Origin: an uncultured Synergistales bacterium
GTDB taxonomy: Bacteria; Synergistota; Synergistia; Synergistales; JAFGMB01
Length of the DNA: 64,000 bases
Reading direction: 5' to 3'
NCBI GenBank assembly: GCA_964410915.1
Contig: CAYPIU010000001.1
Location: 150,569 to 214,568, forward strand
Below, piece by piece: positions 28,894-37,224 of this stretch (position 1 is its first letter; the number at the start of each line of letters is the position of its first letter). Both the position numbers and the translations under genes were made by a program. A model generated the notes under the pieces. The model saw only the letters and a list, made by a program, of their open reading frames with translations. It was not told the DNA's origin and searched no databases.

Positions 28894-28908
28894 AAATGAA
28901 AGAGTCCA

Positions 28909-30549
28909 CTATATTTCTGAATGAACCTTTTTAAGGCGATCCAAAGCTATATCCGGTAGTCTGTTACGGCCTCCTCTTTCTTTTTTACATTTTTCAACGA
29001 AATGGATTCTGTCTGCTATTCTTGATCTCATCTGTTCGTGATAGTAATCATCAGAAAAATCAGGAATGAATCCATCTATCTCCATTATTTCAATTCCATC
29101 AAGCCGGGCCCATGGTTTAAAATTGCTGCGATCCTCTATGATCATTTCGATAATTTCAAGAGTTTGTTCCTTTGTTATCTTTTTTCCCATAAAATCACCT
29201 GTATTGAGTGTGTAACATGCCACGCCTGAATCTATAAGTGATTTGAATTTCTCAAAATCCATTCCCAATGGATATGTTCTGAAAGGATTAGCGTAAGGTT
29301 CAATAACAAGAGCATCCGGATCAACTCCAGGTGCCAGCCTCTCCGCAGAAGTTCTTTTTGTAGCGAGGGTTGCTCCCATGACAGAAGCAAGCACGGAGTC
29401 TGTAAACTTAAGAACTGGAGGGATAGTTGGATCCTTCATCAGCCAGAAGATCGCATTTATTTCCTCATCTATACGGTCAACTCTTGTTGGAGACCATAGT
29501 TTTGATTTTATTGCACGTCCATTGCCATTACGGACATCTTCGGTTGTTAGATAGAGTTTCCCATCCTGGAGTTTTGTTACTCCATTGTTCTGGGCAGTGA
29601 GGATAAATTTGTTGTCAGGGCATCCCAATGGATAGTCAGCGGTTTTATCAAAATATGACGGTTCCAGGGCTATTGCGAATTTATCCTCACTGTTAATAAT
29701 AAAAGCATCATCATGAAGCACTGTTATGTTATATTTACCATCATGATCTGAATGTGTTATAGTTGATTTTCCGGATCCTGACAGACCAAATACAGCAGCA
29801 ACAAAATTATTGCTGTTTTCAAGATTATAGCGTTTCAGACCTCCATGGCAGGCTACAAAACCATTTCTGACAGCAGTTCCCCATGCCAGTGTCAATGTTC
29901 CTTTTTTAAACTCGCCAAAGTATTTCATGCCAAGAATTGATGCGCAGTTATTTTCAGGATCAAAGAATGTTAAACCCAATGGATGGTCGGGATGTTCCCA
30001 TTCCGGATCTCCAAATATATAAATATCAGCTTCTGGAAATATTTTTGAATTATTATACATTTCAGTGTAAATGTTGTTCAGATATTGAAAATTAAGAAGC
30101 CAGTTATATAAAAGGTTCTCGTGACCTTCTGGAATAAGAAGATGAGCTTTTACCATAAAATCTTTTTCCAGCCCAATTATTGCTTCAGAATGGTATAATT
30201 TGCGGTCTCTAACGTTGTATATTGCTTCTCGTAATTTGGCTGCGTATTCATTTTCATCAACATCAGGTTCACCAAGGATCTTTCTTGCGGCTGCGCATCT
30301 TCCAACTACTCCACCATCATTAAAAAGAAGGACATTTGAGTTAATCGGAAGTCCCTGTCCCATAGGCTGATATATTGGCATACCTGTTAGTTCAACTGTC
30401 CCAGAGCTATGCCTCGCAAGTTCATAAGCTTCAATAAGAGTCATTACTGACTGAACATTGTTACCATAGCGTGCAGTTTCCAATGTAGTATGAATTCGCG
30501 ATTTAAGGATTTCCTGACTTTCAGAGCAGAGATACTCATGGGTTGTCAT
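28909..30549 (-). CDS. pckA: phosphoenolpyruvate carboxykinase (ATP) family protein, divergent
   Basis: 546 aa with P-loop FGLSGSGKST. It is colinear with ATP-PEPCK motifs but altered: LGMKYFGEFKKG, ACHGG, LHDDAF and ALEPSYFDK. A strong RBS (AAAGGAGGG) lies upstream of the ATG. Confidence 0.75.
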   Translation of the reverse strand: MTTHEYLCSESQEILKSRIHTTLETARYGNNVQSVMTLIEAYELARHSSGTVELTGMPIYQPMGQGLPINSNVLLFNDGGVVGRCAAARKILGEPDVDENEYAAKLREAIYNVRDRKLYHSEAIIGLEKDFMVKAHLLIPEGHENLLYNWLLNFQYLNNIYTEMYNNSKIFPEADIYIFGDPEWEHPDHPLGLTFFDPENNCASILGMKYFGEFKKGTLTLAWGTAVRNGFVACHGGLKRYNLENSNNFVAAVFGLSGSGKSTITHSDHDGKYNITVLHDDAFIINSEDKFAIALEPSYFDKTADYPLGCPDNKFILTAQNNGVTKLQDGKLYLTTEDVRNGNGRAIKSKLWSPTRVDRIDEEINAIFWLMKDPTIPPVLKFTDSVLASVMGATLATKRTSAERLAPGVDPDALVIEPYANPFRTYPLGMDFEKFKSLIDSGVACYTLNTGDFMGKKITKEQTLEIIEMIIEDRSNFKPWARLDGIEIMEIDGFIPDFSDDYYHEQMRSRIADRIHFVEKCKKERGGRNRLPDIALDRLKKVHSEI

Positions 30550-30610
30550 TTTCTAATACCCTCCTTTGGGGGTTTAGATCAACAAATATGATCCTGTATG
30601 TGACCTCAGA

Positions 30611-30661
30611 AGACCCATAAGGCCAACCATATATATTTATCAGGGTTGGCCTTATGGGTCT
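30611..30661 (-). other. perfect 18-bp GC-rich stem-loop between rsfS and pckA
   Basis: AGACCCATAAGGCCAACC (30611-28) and GGTTGGCCTTATGGGTCT (30644-61) are exact reverse complements with a 15-nt AT loop. No U-tract follows on the minus strand. It could be the rsfS terminator or a pckA 5'-UTR element. Confidence 0.5.
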
Positions 30662-30709
30662 AAAAGGTTATTTACCTCTACGTAAAGACATTTGAAGTAA
30701 TTAAACTTT

Positions 30710-31057
30710 TTACATTTCATATTCATAACGTTGCGTTGGTGTATCTCCCCATATTTTTTCAAGGTTATAAAAAGTACGTGACTTTTTGCTGAAGATATGG
30801 ACTACTATATTTCCCCCATCAATAAGACACCATTGAGTACTATTCTGACCTTCAACCAGATAATCATGATCATAATTATCCATAGTATCTTCTATGGCAT
30901 TTCGAAGGGTTTTCATGTGTACATCTGAATTTGCTGTAACAATTACAAAAGTATCAGCAATAGATGATGTATCAGAAAGATCCATAATAAGTATTTCTTC
31001 TCCGCGCTTATCTGCAAGAGCTGAGGCTATCTGCTGCTGTTCATTTTGTTCGTTCAT
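30710..31057 (-). CDS. rsfS: ribosomal silencing factor RsfS (iojap family)
   Basis: 115 aa with the motif DYFVI-like TFVIVTANSDVH ... WCLIDGGNIVVHIF. Confidence 0.88.
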   Translation of the reverse strand: MNEQNEQQQIASALADKRGEEILIMDLSDTSSIADTFVIVTANSDVHMKTLRNAIEDTMDNYDHDYLVEGQNSTQWCLIDGGNIVVHIFSKKSRTFYNLEKIWGDTPTQRYEYEM

Positions 31058-31086
31058 AATAATCGGGCTATCCCTCCATATATTGG

Positions 31087-32376
31087 TTACATATCATTAT
31101 TTAACTTTTCCAGTTTTTCTAGAATATCATAAAAGTTATGTCCAACAATTATTGTAGCATAAGGTGCTGTTTCTTCGCGTTTTACAAGTTTTTCAGGAAT
31201 GTCACATATCTCAGCCAAAGCTTTTGCCGTAACTTGAGATCCTTTATTGGCTTCTTCCAGGTTATCAGGGAAACGGATGCTGGAATATCTATAGTCAAAA
31301 TGTTTTGCATTTCCGATAAAGGCTACATCTACCCCAAGCCTTTGAAGCTGATCTGCTACCTTTTTGCCTAAACCCGGTGTCCCGTCACCGTTTAAAACTG
31401 CTACGGGTGTTTTTATAGAATCAAGAAACTTAAGTTCCGCACTTTTTTCATTAACGTCAACATCAGTCGAAGAACTGTCAGGCAGCCCCCTGTCTTTTAA
31501 AGTCTGCGGTAATGCACTTAGGAATGTAGATGCTTTTGAAAGATCCCCTATCCAGTAACTTATATTAGAAATATATGCAGCTTTTCCAGGTAAAGTGAAA
31601 TAAGCCATATTTGTGCGCGGAATATCCTTTAGATAAGATGCTAGCTGAATTGCCTGGCCTGGAGAAAGATTACTTTCTACGAGGTTAAGCAATTCCTTCG
31701 TCAACTTAGGTATTCTTCCAACAATTTCAGGGTCCCTGGTTTTGTTGATCAGGGCCTTCAAGAATTTCTGCTGACGTTTTACCCGCCCAATATCCCCTAA
31801 AGCATCATTTCTGAATCGGACATATCCAAGAGCGTCCTGCCCATCAAGATGCTGCTGCCCTTTCTGGATATTTATATGCAGGTTGCCGGCGCTGTCATTA
31901 TAGTAAAGACTTTTTTCCACATTGATATCTACGCCGCCAAGTAGATCAACGATTTCCGGAAAACTGTTGTAGTTTACAACAGCATAATAGTTTATGGGCA
32001 TGCCAAGGTAATTTACAAGGGTTCTTTGAAGTAACTTTTCTTTGCCATATGCATAAGCATGATTTATCTTCTGCCAGCCATGCCCTGGTATCTGTACCCT
32101 TGTATCCCTTGGGATCGACATGAATCTTATGATCTTTCTGTCAATATCTATGGTAGCAAAGGCAATTGTATCTGATCTATGTACTCCTTCGACATCATCG
32201 ATACCAACAATCATTAAATTTATGCTTCCTGAAGTTTCATCATATTCGATGTTTTCTTTAATATTACTTGCCTCAGGTTTTATGAAGTCCTGGATCTTGA
32301 CAGCTGACCCGGCACCGGCAGATAAGAGCGCCACGAGAAGTATGGCTATTATCTTGCTGATCTTCATATATCTCAC
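31087..32376 (-). CDS. LytR-CpsA-Psr (LCP) family protein with a C-terminal LytR_C domain
   Basis: 429 aa with an N-terminal TM. LCP core: NLMIVGIDD...RSDTI...SIPRDT...INHAYAYG...LGGVDI...LDGQDALGYVRFR. The C-terminus reads VAVLNGDGTPGLG. Confidence 0.88.
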   Translation of the reverse strand: MRYMKISKIIAILLVALLSAGAGSAVKIQDFIKPEASNIKENIEYDETSGSINLMIVGIDDVEGVHRSDTIAFATIDIDRKIIRFMSIPRDTRVQIPGHGWQKINHAYAYGKEKLLQRTLVNYLGMPINYYAVVNYNSFPEIVDLLGGVDINVEKSLYYNDSAGNLHINIQKGQQHLDGQDALGYVRFRNDALGDIGRVKRQQKFLKALINKTRDPEIVGRIPKLTKELLNLVESNLSPGQAIQLASYLKDIPRTNMAYFTLPGKAAYISNISYWIGDLSKASTFLSALPQTLKDRGLPDSSSTDVDVNEKSAELKFLDSIKTPVAVLNGDGTPGLGKKVADQLQRLGVDVAFIGNAKHFDYRYSSIRFPDNLEEANKGSQVTAKALAEICDIPEKLVKREETAPYATIIVGHNFYDILEKLEKLNNDM

Positions 32377-33011
32377 CGACCTATCTTTTTATATATACTT
32401 TTTTTGTAAATATACTGTTCGACCAGTGAAGGAACAAGATACTTGATGTTGCGTCCTTCCGAAACCCTTGAGCGTATCTCGGTACTGGAAATTGAAAGTA
32501 AAGGGATTTCAAGTGGTATTATAGTACTTCTAACCTTTAAGGGCAGATCATCAAGTTTATGAGATTTATATCCTGGTCTACTGACTGCAACTATATTACA
32601 TAATTCAAGAATTGCATTGTATTCTTTCCACTTGGGCATATCAAAAAAAGCATCAAGTCCTGTAATGAAATAAAAATCCACATTTCCCGGAGTAAACCAG
32701 TGGCGCATTTCACGAAGAGTGTCCACCGTATGGCTTGGTTCTTTTCTGTCGATTTCAACTCGGGAAATTCTGAAGTCGGGATTATCCAGAGTTGTTAAGA
32801 GTACCATAGTATATCTATCCTCAGCTGAAGTAACATTTCTGATACGCTTATGATAAGGGTCGCCTGTAGGGACAAAAATAACTTGTTCGAGGCTGAGTTC
32901 AAAGCATGCTTCCTCAGCAGCAAGCAGATGACCATAATGTATCGGATCAAACGTACCACCCATTATCCCAATCTTTCGCTTTTCTGCATTTAAAGGCATA
33001 ATCGTTATCAC
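32373..33011 (-). CDS. nadD: nicotinate-nucleotide adenylyltransferase
   Basis: Motifs GIMGGTFDPIHYGHL and SSTEIR. The ORF starts at GTG 33011; ATG 32999 is an alternative. Confidence 0.9.
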   Translation of the reverse strand: MITIMPLNAEKRKIGIMGGTFDPIHYGHLLAAEEACFELSLEQVIFVPTGDPYHKRIRNVTSAEDRYTMVLLTTLDNPDFRISRVEIDRKEPSHTVDTLREMRHWFTPGNVDFYFITGLDAFFDMPKWKEYNAILELCNIVAVSRPGYKSHKLDDLPLKVRSTIIPLEIPLLSISSTEIRSRVSEGRNIKYLVPSLVEQYIYKKSIYKKIGR

Positions 33012-33043
33012 TCCTGTTAGGAAGACCTTACAATTTAAAAAGT

Positions 33044-34351
33044 TTATCTGGATGCTTCTTCAGGCATATATTCAAAAACAGTTTCACCTATGTATATATT
33101 ATCGCCCGCTACAGCACCTTTTTCTTCCAGAAGTTCTTCGACCTTAAAGCGTTTCAAGAGTCTGGAAAAACGGGGAAGAGCATCATCATGGTTAAAATCT
33201 ATTTTTCTGACAGCCTTTTCAAGATTGGAATGAATTACCCTGAAACCAGTGCTATCTCCAAGTCTGATGATCTTGACCTTTTCAAGCGATCTGCTACTTG
33301 GGGACAGAGATTCATCCTTGATCGAATAAAGCCTTGTTTTCCCTTTAGGTCGGGGGTTTAGCCTGACAGTATCAACTATAACCCTGATCAATTCATTTAT
33401 CCCGTCTCCGTTGACTGCACTGGTAGTGAAAAAAGGAATCTTTCGTTCATTCATAAATGAACGAATCTGTTCCAATATCTGGTTATTGTATATCAGGTCA
33501 GTTTTGTTTCCAACAACGATGTATGGTTTTTCAAGGAAATCTTTGTTATAGTTTTCAAACTCTTTACGAATGAGTTCCCATCTATCTTTTACAGTCTCAA
33601 AGGGGCCTGCTGTAAGGTCCAGAACATGAAGAAGAACCCTGGTCCGTTCAATATGCCGGAGAAAATATATTCCAAGTCCTTTATTATCTGAAGCGCCCTC
33701 TATAAGCCCGGGAACATCCGCTACAACTATACGTTGATCATCCACTGCCAGTATACCGAGATTAGGGGAAAGCGTAGTAAAAGGATAACCTGCGATTTTA
33801 GGATGAGCGTTAGAAATAGCGCTCAAAAGGCTCGACTTCCCAGCGTTTGGGTATCCGACAAGTCCAACATCAGCTATGAGCTTCAGTTCGAGAATTAATT
33901 CCCTTTCTTCTCCATCTTCACCTTTTTCTGCAAAACGAGGTGCTCTACGTACAGAATTGGCAAAATAGGCATTTCCTCGCCCCGATTTACCACCTTTTGC
34001 TACAACTACTCTATCTGAGGGTTCTACCAGATCTGCAATTGGTTCATTGGTTTGGGCATCGTAAATGATTGTTCCACAGGGGACATGAATGACCATTTCT
34101 TCCCCTTTGGATCCAATCTGGTTTTTCCCTCTGCCATGTTCTCCATTCTCGGATTTGAACTGTTTGTTATATTCAAAATCTGCAAGAGTATGAATACCAG
34201 GACTGGCTTCGATAAAAATATCTCCGCCGTTTCCGCCATCGGCACCATCCGGACCTCCCCTGGGGACAAACTTCTCCCTTCGGAAACTCAGACAGCCATT
34301 TCCGCCTTTCCCTGCTTTAACCCTTATTCTTACAAGGTCTGTAAATTTCAT
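33044..34351 (-). CDS. obg: GTPase Obg/CgtA
   Basis: N-terminal Obg fold (KAGKGGNGCLSFRREKF..GGPDGGDGG-like), G-domain motifs GYPNAGKSS and DVPGLIEGA, NKTD, and a C-terminal OCT domain. Confidence 0.95.
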   Translation of the reverse strand: MKFTDLVRIRVKAGKGGNGCLSFRREKFVPRGGPDGADGGNGGDIFIEASPGIHTLADFEYNKQFKSENGEHGRGKNQIGSKGEEMVIHVPCGTIIYDAQTNEPIADLVEPSDRVVVAKGGKSGRGNAYFANSVRRAPRFAEKGEDGEERELILELKLIADVGLVGYPNAGKSSLLSAISNAHPKIAGYPFTTLSPNLGILAVDDQRIVVADVPGLIEGASDNKGLGIYFLRHIERTRVLLHVLDLTAGPFETVKDRWELIRKEFENYNKDFLEKPYIVVGNKTDLIYNNQILEQIRSFMNERKIPFFTTSAVNGDGINELIRVIVDTVRLNPRPKGKTRLYSIKDESLSPSSRSLEKVKIIRLGDSTGFRVIHSNLEKAVRKIDFNHDDALPRFSRLLKRFKVEELLEEKGAVAGDNIYIGETVFEYMPEEASR

Positions 34352-34393
34352 AGTTTCTCCACCATACCTTTTTTCTTTAGTAACAAATAAAAC

Positions 34394-34422
34394 ATGGGCC
34401 TAGTTTATGAACTTAGGCCCAT
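34394..34422 (-). terminator. intrinsic terminator/attenuator after rpmA
   Basis: ATGGGCCTA (34394-402) and TAGGCCCAT (34414-22) form a 9-bp stem. On the minus strand it is followed by GTTTTATTTG. It lies between the rpmA stop and the obg RBS. Confidence 0.6.
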
Positions 34423-34457
34423 TGTACAGGTTAAAAAGAAATAATTAAAATTGATAG

Positions 34458-34748
34458 TTAGTTATCACTCTGCAATTCTATTGATACATATTTTCTTTGA
34501 CCTTTACTTTCATACTTTACCAAACCGGAAGACAGTGCAAAAAGAGTATCATCTTTACCTTTACCTACATTAAGTCCTGGATGTACCCTTGTGCCCCTCT
34601 GTCTGACAAGAATATTTCCTGCCTTTACATATTGACCAGCATATCTTTTTACTCCAAGACGTTTACTTTCACTGTCTCTTCCATTTTCACTACTACCCTG
34701 TCCCTTTTTATGGGCGAAAAGCTGTAAATCAAAAAAACGAATGATCAT
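34458..34748 (-). CDS. rpmA: 50S ribosomal protein L27 (with N-terminal propeptide)
   Basis: The sequence [11 protein letters not shown]|[20 protein letters not shown] is an L27 core preceded by an extension of about 11 aa. The extension ends in the LQLF-A type Prp cleavage motif. Confidence 0.95.
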   Translation of the reverse strand: MIIRFFDLQLFAHKKGQGSSENGRDSESKRLGVKRYAGQYVKAGNILVRQRGTRVHPGLNVGKGKDDTLFALSSGLVKYESKGQRKYVSIELQSDN

Positions 34749-35089
34749 TTAACATACACCTCCATGAGCTTTACATTTTGGGGATATCCCACTGCTATTC
34801 TCGACAGACTGATCCTGAAAGTTTCAAAAAGGATATTCACCTTTTGGTTCACAGGATCAGGATTATTTACTACAACAACTGGCATGATGTTTTTTGCAGT
34901 TGTTTCAGGATATTGCATAAAACCTGAATATCCAAGAACTTCTTCTATGCCTATTATAAGTGATTGAACCAAAGTCGAAACTGAAGAACAAACGATGTCA
35001 TTACCTTTTTCAGCAAATTCAGCATGTCCTTCTATGCTTACCGAAATTACCAGATCTTTTTCATTGTATTCAATACAAACCTGGATCAT
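34745..35089 (-). CDS. prp: ribosomal-processing cysteine protease Prp
   Basis: 114 aa lying between rplU and rpmA. Carries the conserved GHA (IEGHAEF) and catalytic-Cys region [10 protein letters not shown]. Confidence 0.88.
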   Translation of the reverse strand: MIQVCIEYNEKDLVISVSIEGHAEFAEKGNDIVCSSVSTLVQSLIIGIEEVLGYSGFMQYPETTAKNIMPVVVVNNPDPVNQKVNILFETFRISLSRIAVGYPQNVKLMEVYVK

Positions 35090-35104
35090 AATATATTTAT
35101 GGTT

Positions 35105-35416
35105 TTAATATTTTACAGTTTCTATCTTTATCTGAGTGTAATGTTGACGGTGACCTCTAAGTCTTCTGTAATTCTTTTTACTTTTATATTTGAAAACCTT
35201 TACTTTCTTGGCTTTTCCGTGTTCCAGAATATTTGCTTCAACATAAGCACCATCTACAAAAGGTGTTCCTGACTGCACCCCTGAATCATCTGTAACCATA
35301 AGGACCTTATCGAGTTTTACAACATCTCCCGGTTCACCGTCGAGGAGTTCAACATTAATAATATCACCCGGTTGAACTCTGAACTGCTTCCCGCCTGTTT
35401 CTACAACTGCGTACAT
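35105..35416 (-). CDS. rplU: 50S ribosomal protein L21
   Basis: MYAVVETGGKQFRVQPGD...KYKSKKNYRRLRGHRQHYT; 103 aa. Confidence 0.95.
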   Translation of the reverse strand: MYAVVETGGKQFRVQPGDIINVELLDGEPGDVVKLDKVLMVTDDSGVQSGTPFVDGAYVEANILEHGKAKKVKVFKYKSKKNYRRLRGHRQHYTQIKIETVKY

Positions 35417-35501
35417 TTTGTATCCTCCTCCCGCTGGATCTTTTCAGGTAGCATTAGCCTTTTTGTTAACCTGGTCCAAGCGTATTTGTTTCAGGATATG
35501 G
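35417..35501 (-). promoter_or_regulatory. 5' leader of the rplU-prp-rpmA operon (possible L21-leader-type structure)
   Basis: Leader of about 85 nt between the predicted -10 box and the ATG. It can form TGGA-c-CAGGT ... ACCTG-aaaaga-TCCA. Firmicutes carry a structured L21 leader at this position. Homology was not verified. Confidence 0.3.
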
Positions 35502-35530
35502 ATTGTAATCATTGACCCCTGAATAGTCAA
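35502..35530 (-). promoter_or_regulatory. sigma-70-type promoter of the L21 operon
   Basis: On the minus strand: TTGACT (35530-35525)-17 nt-TACAAT (35507-35502). It lies 15 nt after the recN stop. Confidence 0.6.
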
Positions 35531-35544
35531 CCTGAAGAATTATA

Positions 35545-37218
35545 TCAGTTTTTGCCTGCAGTTGAAAGACTATTTACAGAAAGAAGCCTTCTTGCATGTT
35601 GCTGTGCTTCTTCAAGTGAATAATCACCTGATAACATCCTTGCAAGTTCGGGTACTCTCTCTTCTGGTTCAAGATCAAAAACATCGGTTTTGTCTATATT
35701 TCGTCTTACAACATAATGCTGGTCTGCGAGGGCAGCTATTGAAGCCTCGTGTGTAATAAGAATTACCTGACATTTAGAAGAAAGCTCTTTCAGCTTTTGA
35801 CCTGCAAGTATAGCTGCTCTACCACCAAGTCCAGCTTCTACTTCATCGAAAACGAGGGTTTCGGGGAATTGCCCTTCTGGAAGGGATAACTGTATTGAAA
35901 GTAACAAACGACTGAGTTCACCTCCGGAAGCAACTTTGGTAACTGCTCCGGAAAATCCGTCAGTAGTTCTCAGGACAAACTCTATGTCATCGGCTCCTGT
36001 TTCGCGAAGTTTCCCCAGCTCTTTCATCCTTATTTCGAAAGACATCCCCAGCATGGCAAGATCTTTCATTTGCCAGTTAACCCTGGTTTCAAGTTCCGCA
36101 GCGGCAAGTTTTCTAAGAGTCCGTAATTTCATTGCTTCTTCGCTAGCCTGTCTTCGATATTCTCTGCTCTTTTCCTCCACCCTGGTAAGGAGGTCATGAC
36201 TATTCGTTATCCATTTCAGGGCAGATGAAGCTTCTTTATAATAAGCGAAAAGTTCTTCCTGGTTCTGGGCATTAGCAAGTCTTTTAGCTTTCCTGAGTAA
36301 CCCGGCCTTTTGTTCTGTTATTTCAAGGGAATCCTCCATTTCCTTGAGGGAAATCGGAGACATATTTGATTCTACAAGTTTCATTAATTCAAATATTTTG
36401 TCGATCGTAAGTTCTATAAGATCTCTGGTTTGCTTTTTCTGATGTTCCGGAACCAGTTCAGCAAGATAAGGGAGATACTCTTCAAACTGATCAACGAGTC
36501 CTGGTTGAGCCTCAGTTCCCTTAAAAGTCAAAAGTGCCTGTGTGTGTTTTTTCTTTTGTTTTATTTTGAACTGAAGTTCTTCAATTTCTTTTTGCCAGGT
36601 AATCTCCGAATCTTTATCAAGATCTATCTTTTTCAATATATCTATAATGGTTTCCGCGTTTTGAAAACGTGTTGAAAGATCTTTCTGTTTAATACGGATT
36701 TGTCTGGCTTCTTTTTCAGAATCATATGCTTTTCGAAAAAAAGCTTTAACATTACAGACAGAGCGGATAAGTTCTTCCCCTCCGCAACTGTCGACCAGAT
36801 TCATCTGTCTTGAGGGGTCCAGCAGGTCAAGCTGGGCAAACTGACTTTGTATATGTACCTGATCTGACATAAACCGTGATAAAGATGTAAGTGAAAACAA
36901 TTTTTCCTGAAGGTAGCACTTGCTTCGACCATTTCTAAAGATTTCACGATTTACAATCATCTGCCCATTCTCAGGCTTAACTCCGTCAGGAATGAAACAA
37001 TAACTTTTTGAATGGATCACAGCTGTGAGAGATGCGTTTTCTTCTCCATATCTTATAAAACTTGTTTGAGCTCTTTTCCCGGCAAGAAGTTCAATTGCCC
37101 TTACGATACTGCTTTTACCGGCCCCGCTTTCTCCGGTAATAACAATAAAGTTCCCCTTCGGGTTTATCTTTGAAGAAAAGATACCACCAATATTATTTAT
37201 AAAAAGTTCCTCAAGCAA
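35545..37218 (-). CDS. recN: DNA repair protein RecN
   Basis: 557 aa with a TTG start. Walker A GESGAGKS, a long coiled-coil middle, the signature ASGGELSRLLL and Walker B LVFDEVEAG. Confidence 0.93.
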   Translation of the reverse strand: MLEELFINNIGGIFSSKINPKGNFIVITGESGAGKSSIVRAIELLAGKRAQTSFIRYGEENASLTAVIHSKSYCFIPDGVKPENGQMIVNREIFRNGRSKCYLQEKLFSLTSLSRFMSDQVHIQSQFAQLDLLDPSRQMNLVDSCGGEELIRSVCNVKAFFRKAYDSEKEARQIRIKQKDLSTRFQNAETIIDILKKIDLDKDSEITWQKEIEELQFKIKQKKKHTQALLTFKGTEAQPGLVDQFEEYLPYLAELVPEHQKKQTRDLIELTIDKIFELMKLVESNMSPISLKEMEDSLEITEQKAGLLRKAKRLANAQNQEELFAYYKEASSALKWITNSHDLLTRVEEKSREYRRQASEEAMKLRTLRKLAAAELETRVNWQMKDLAMLGMSFEIRMKELGKLRETGADDIEFVLRTTDGFSGAVTKVASGGELSRLLLSIQLSLPEGQFPETLVFDEVEAGLGGRAAILAGQKLKELSSKCQVILITHEASIAALADQHYVVRRNIDKTDVFDLEPEERVPELARMLSGDYSLEEAQQHARRLLSVNSLSTAGKN

Positions 37219-37224
37219 GGAAAA

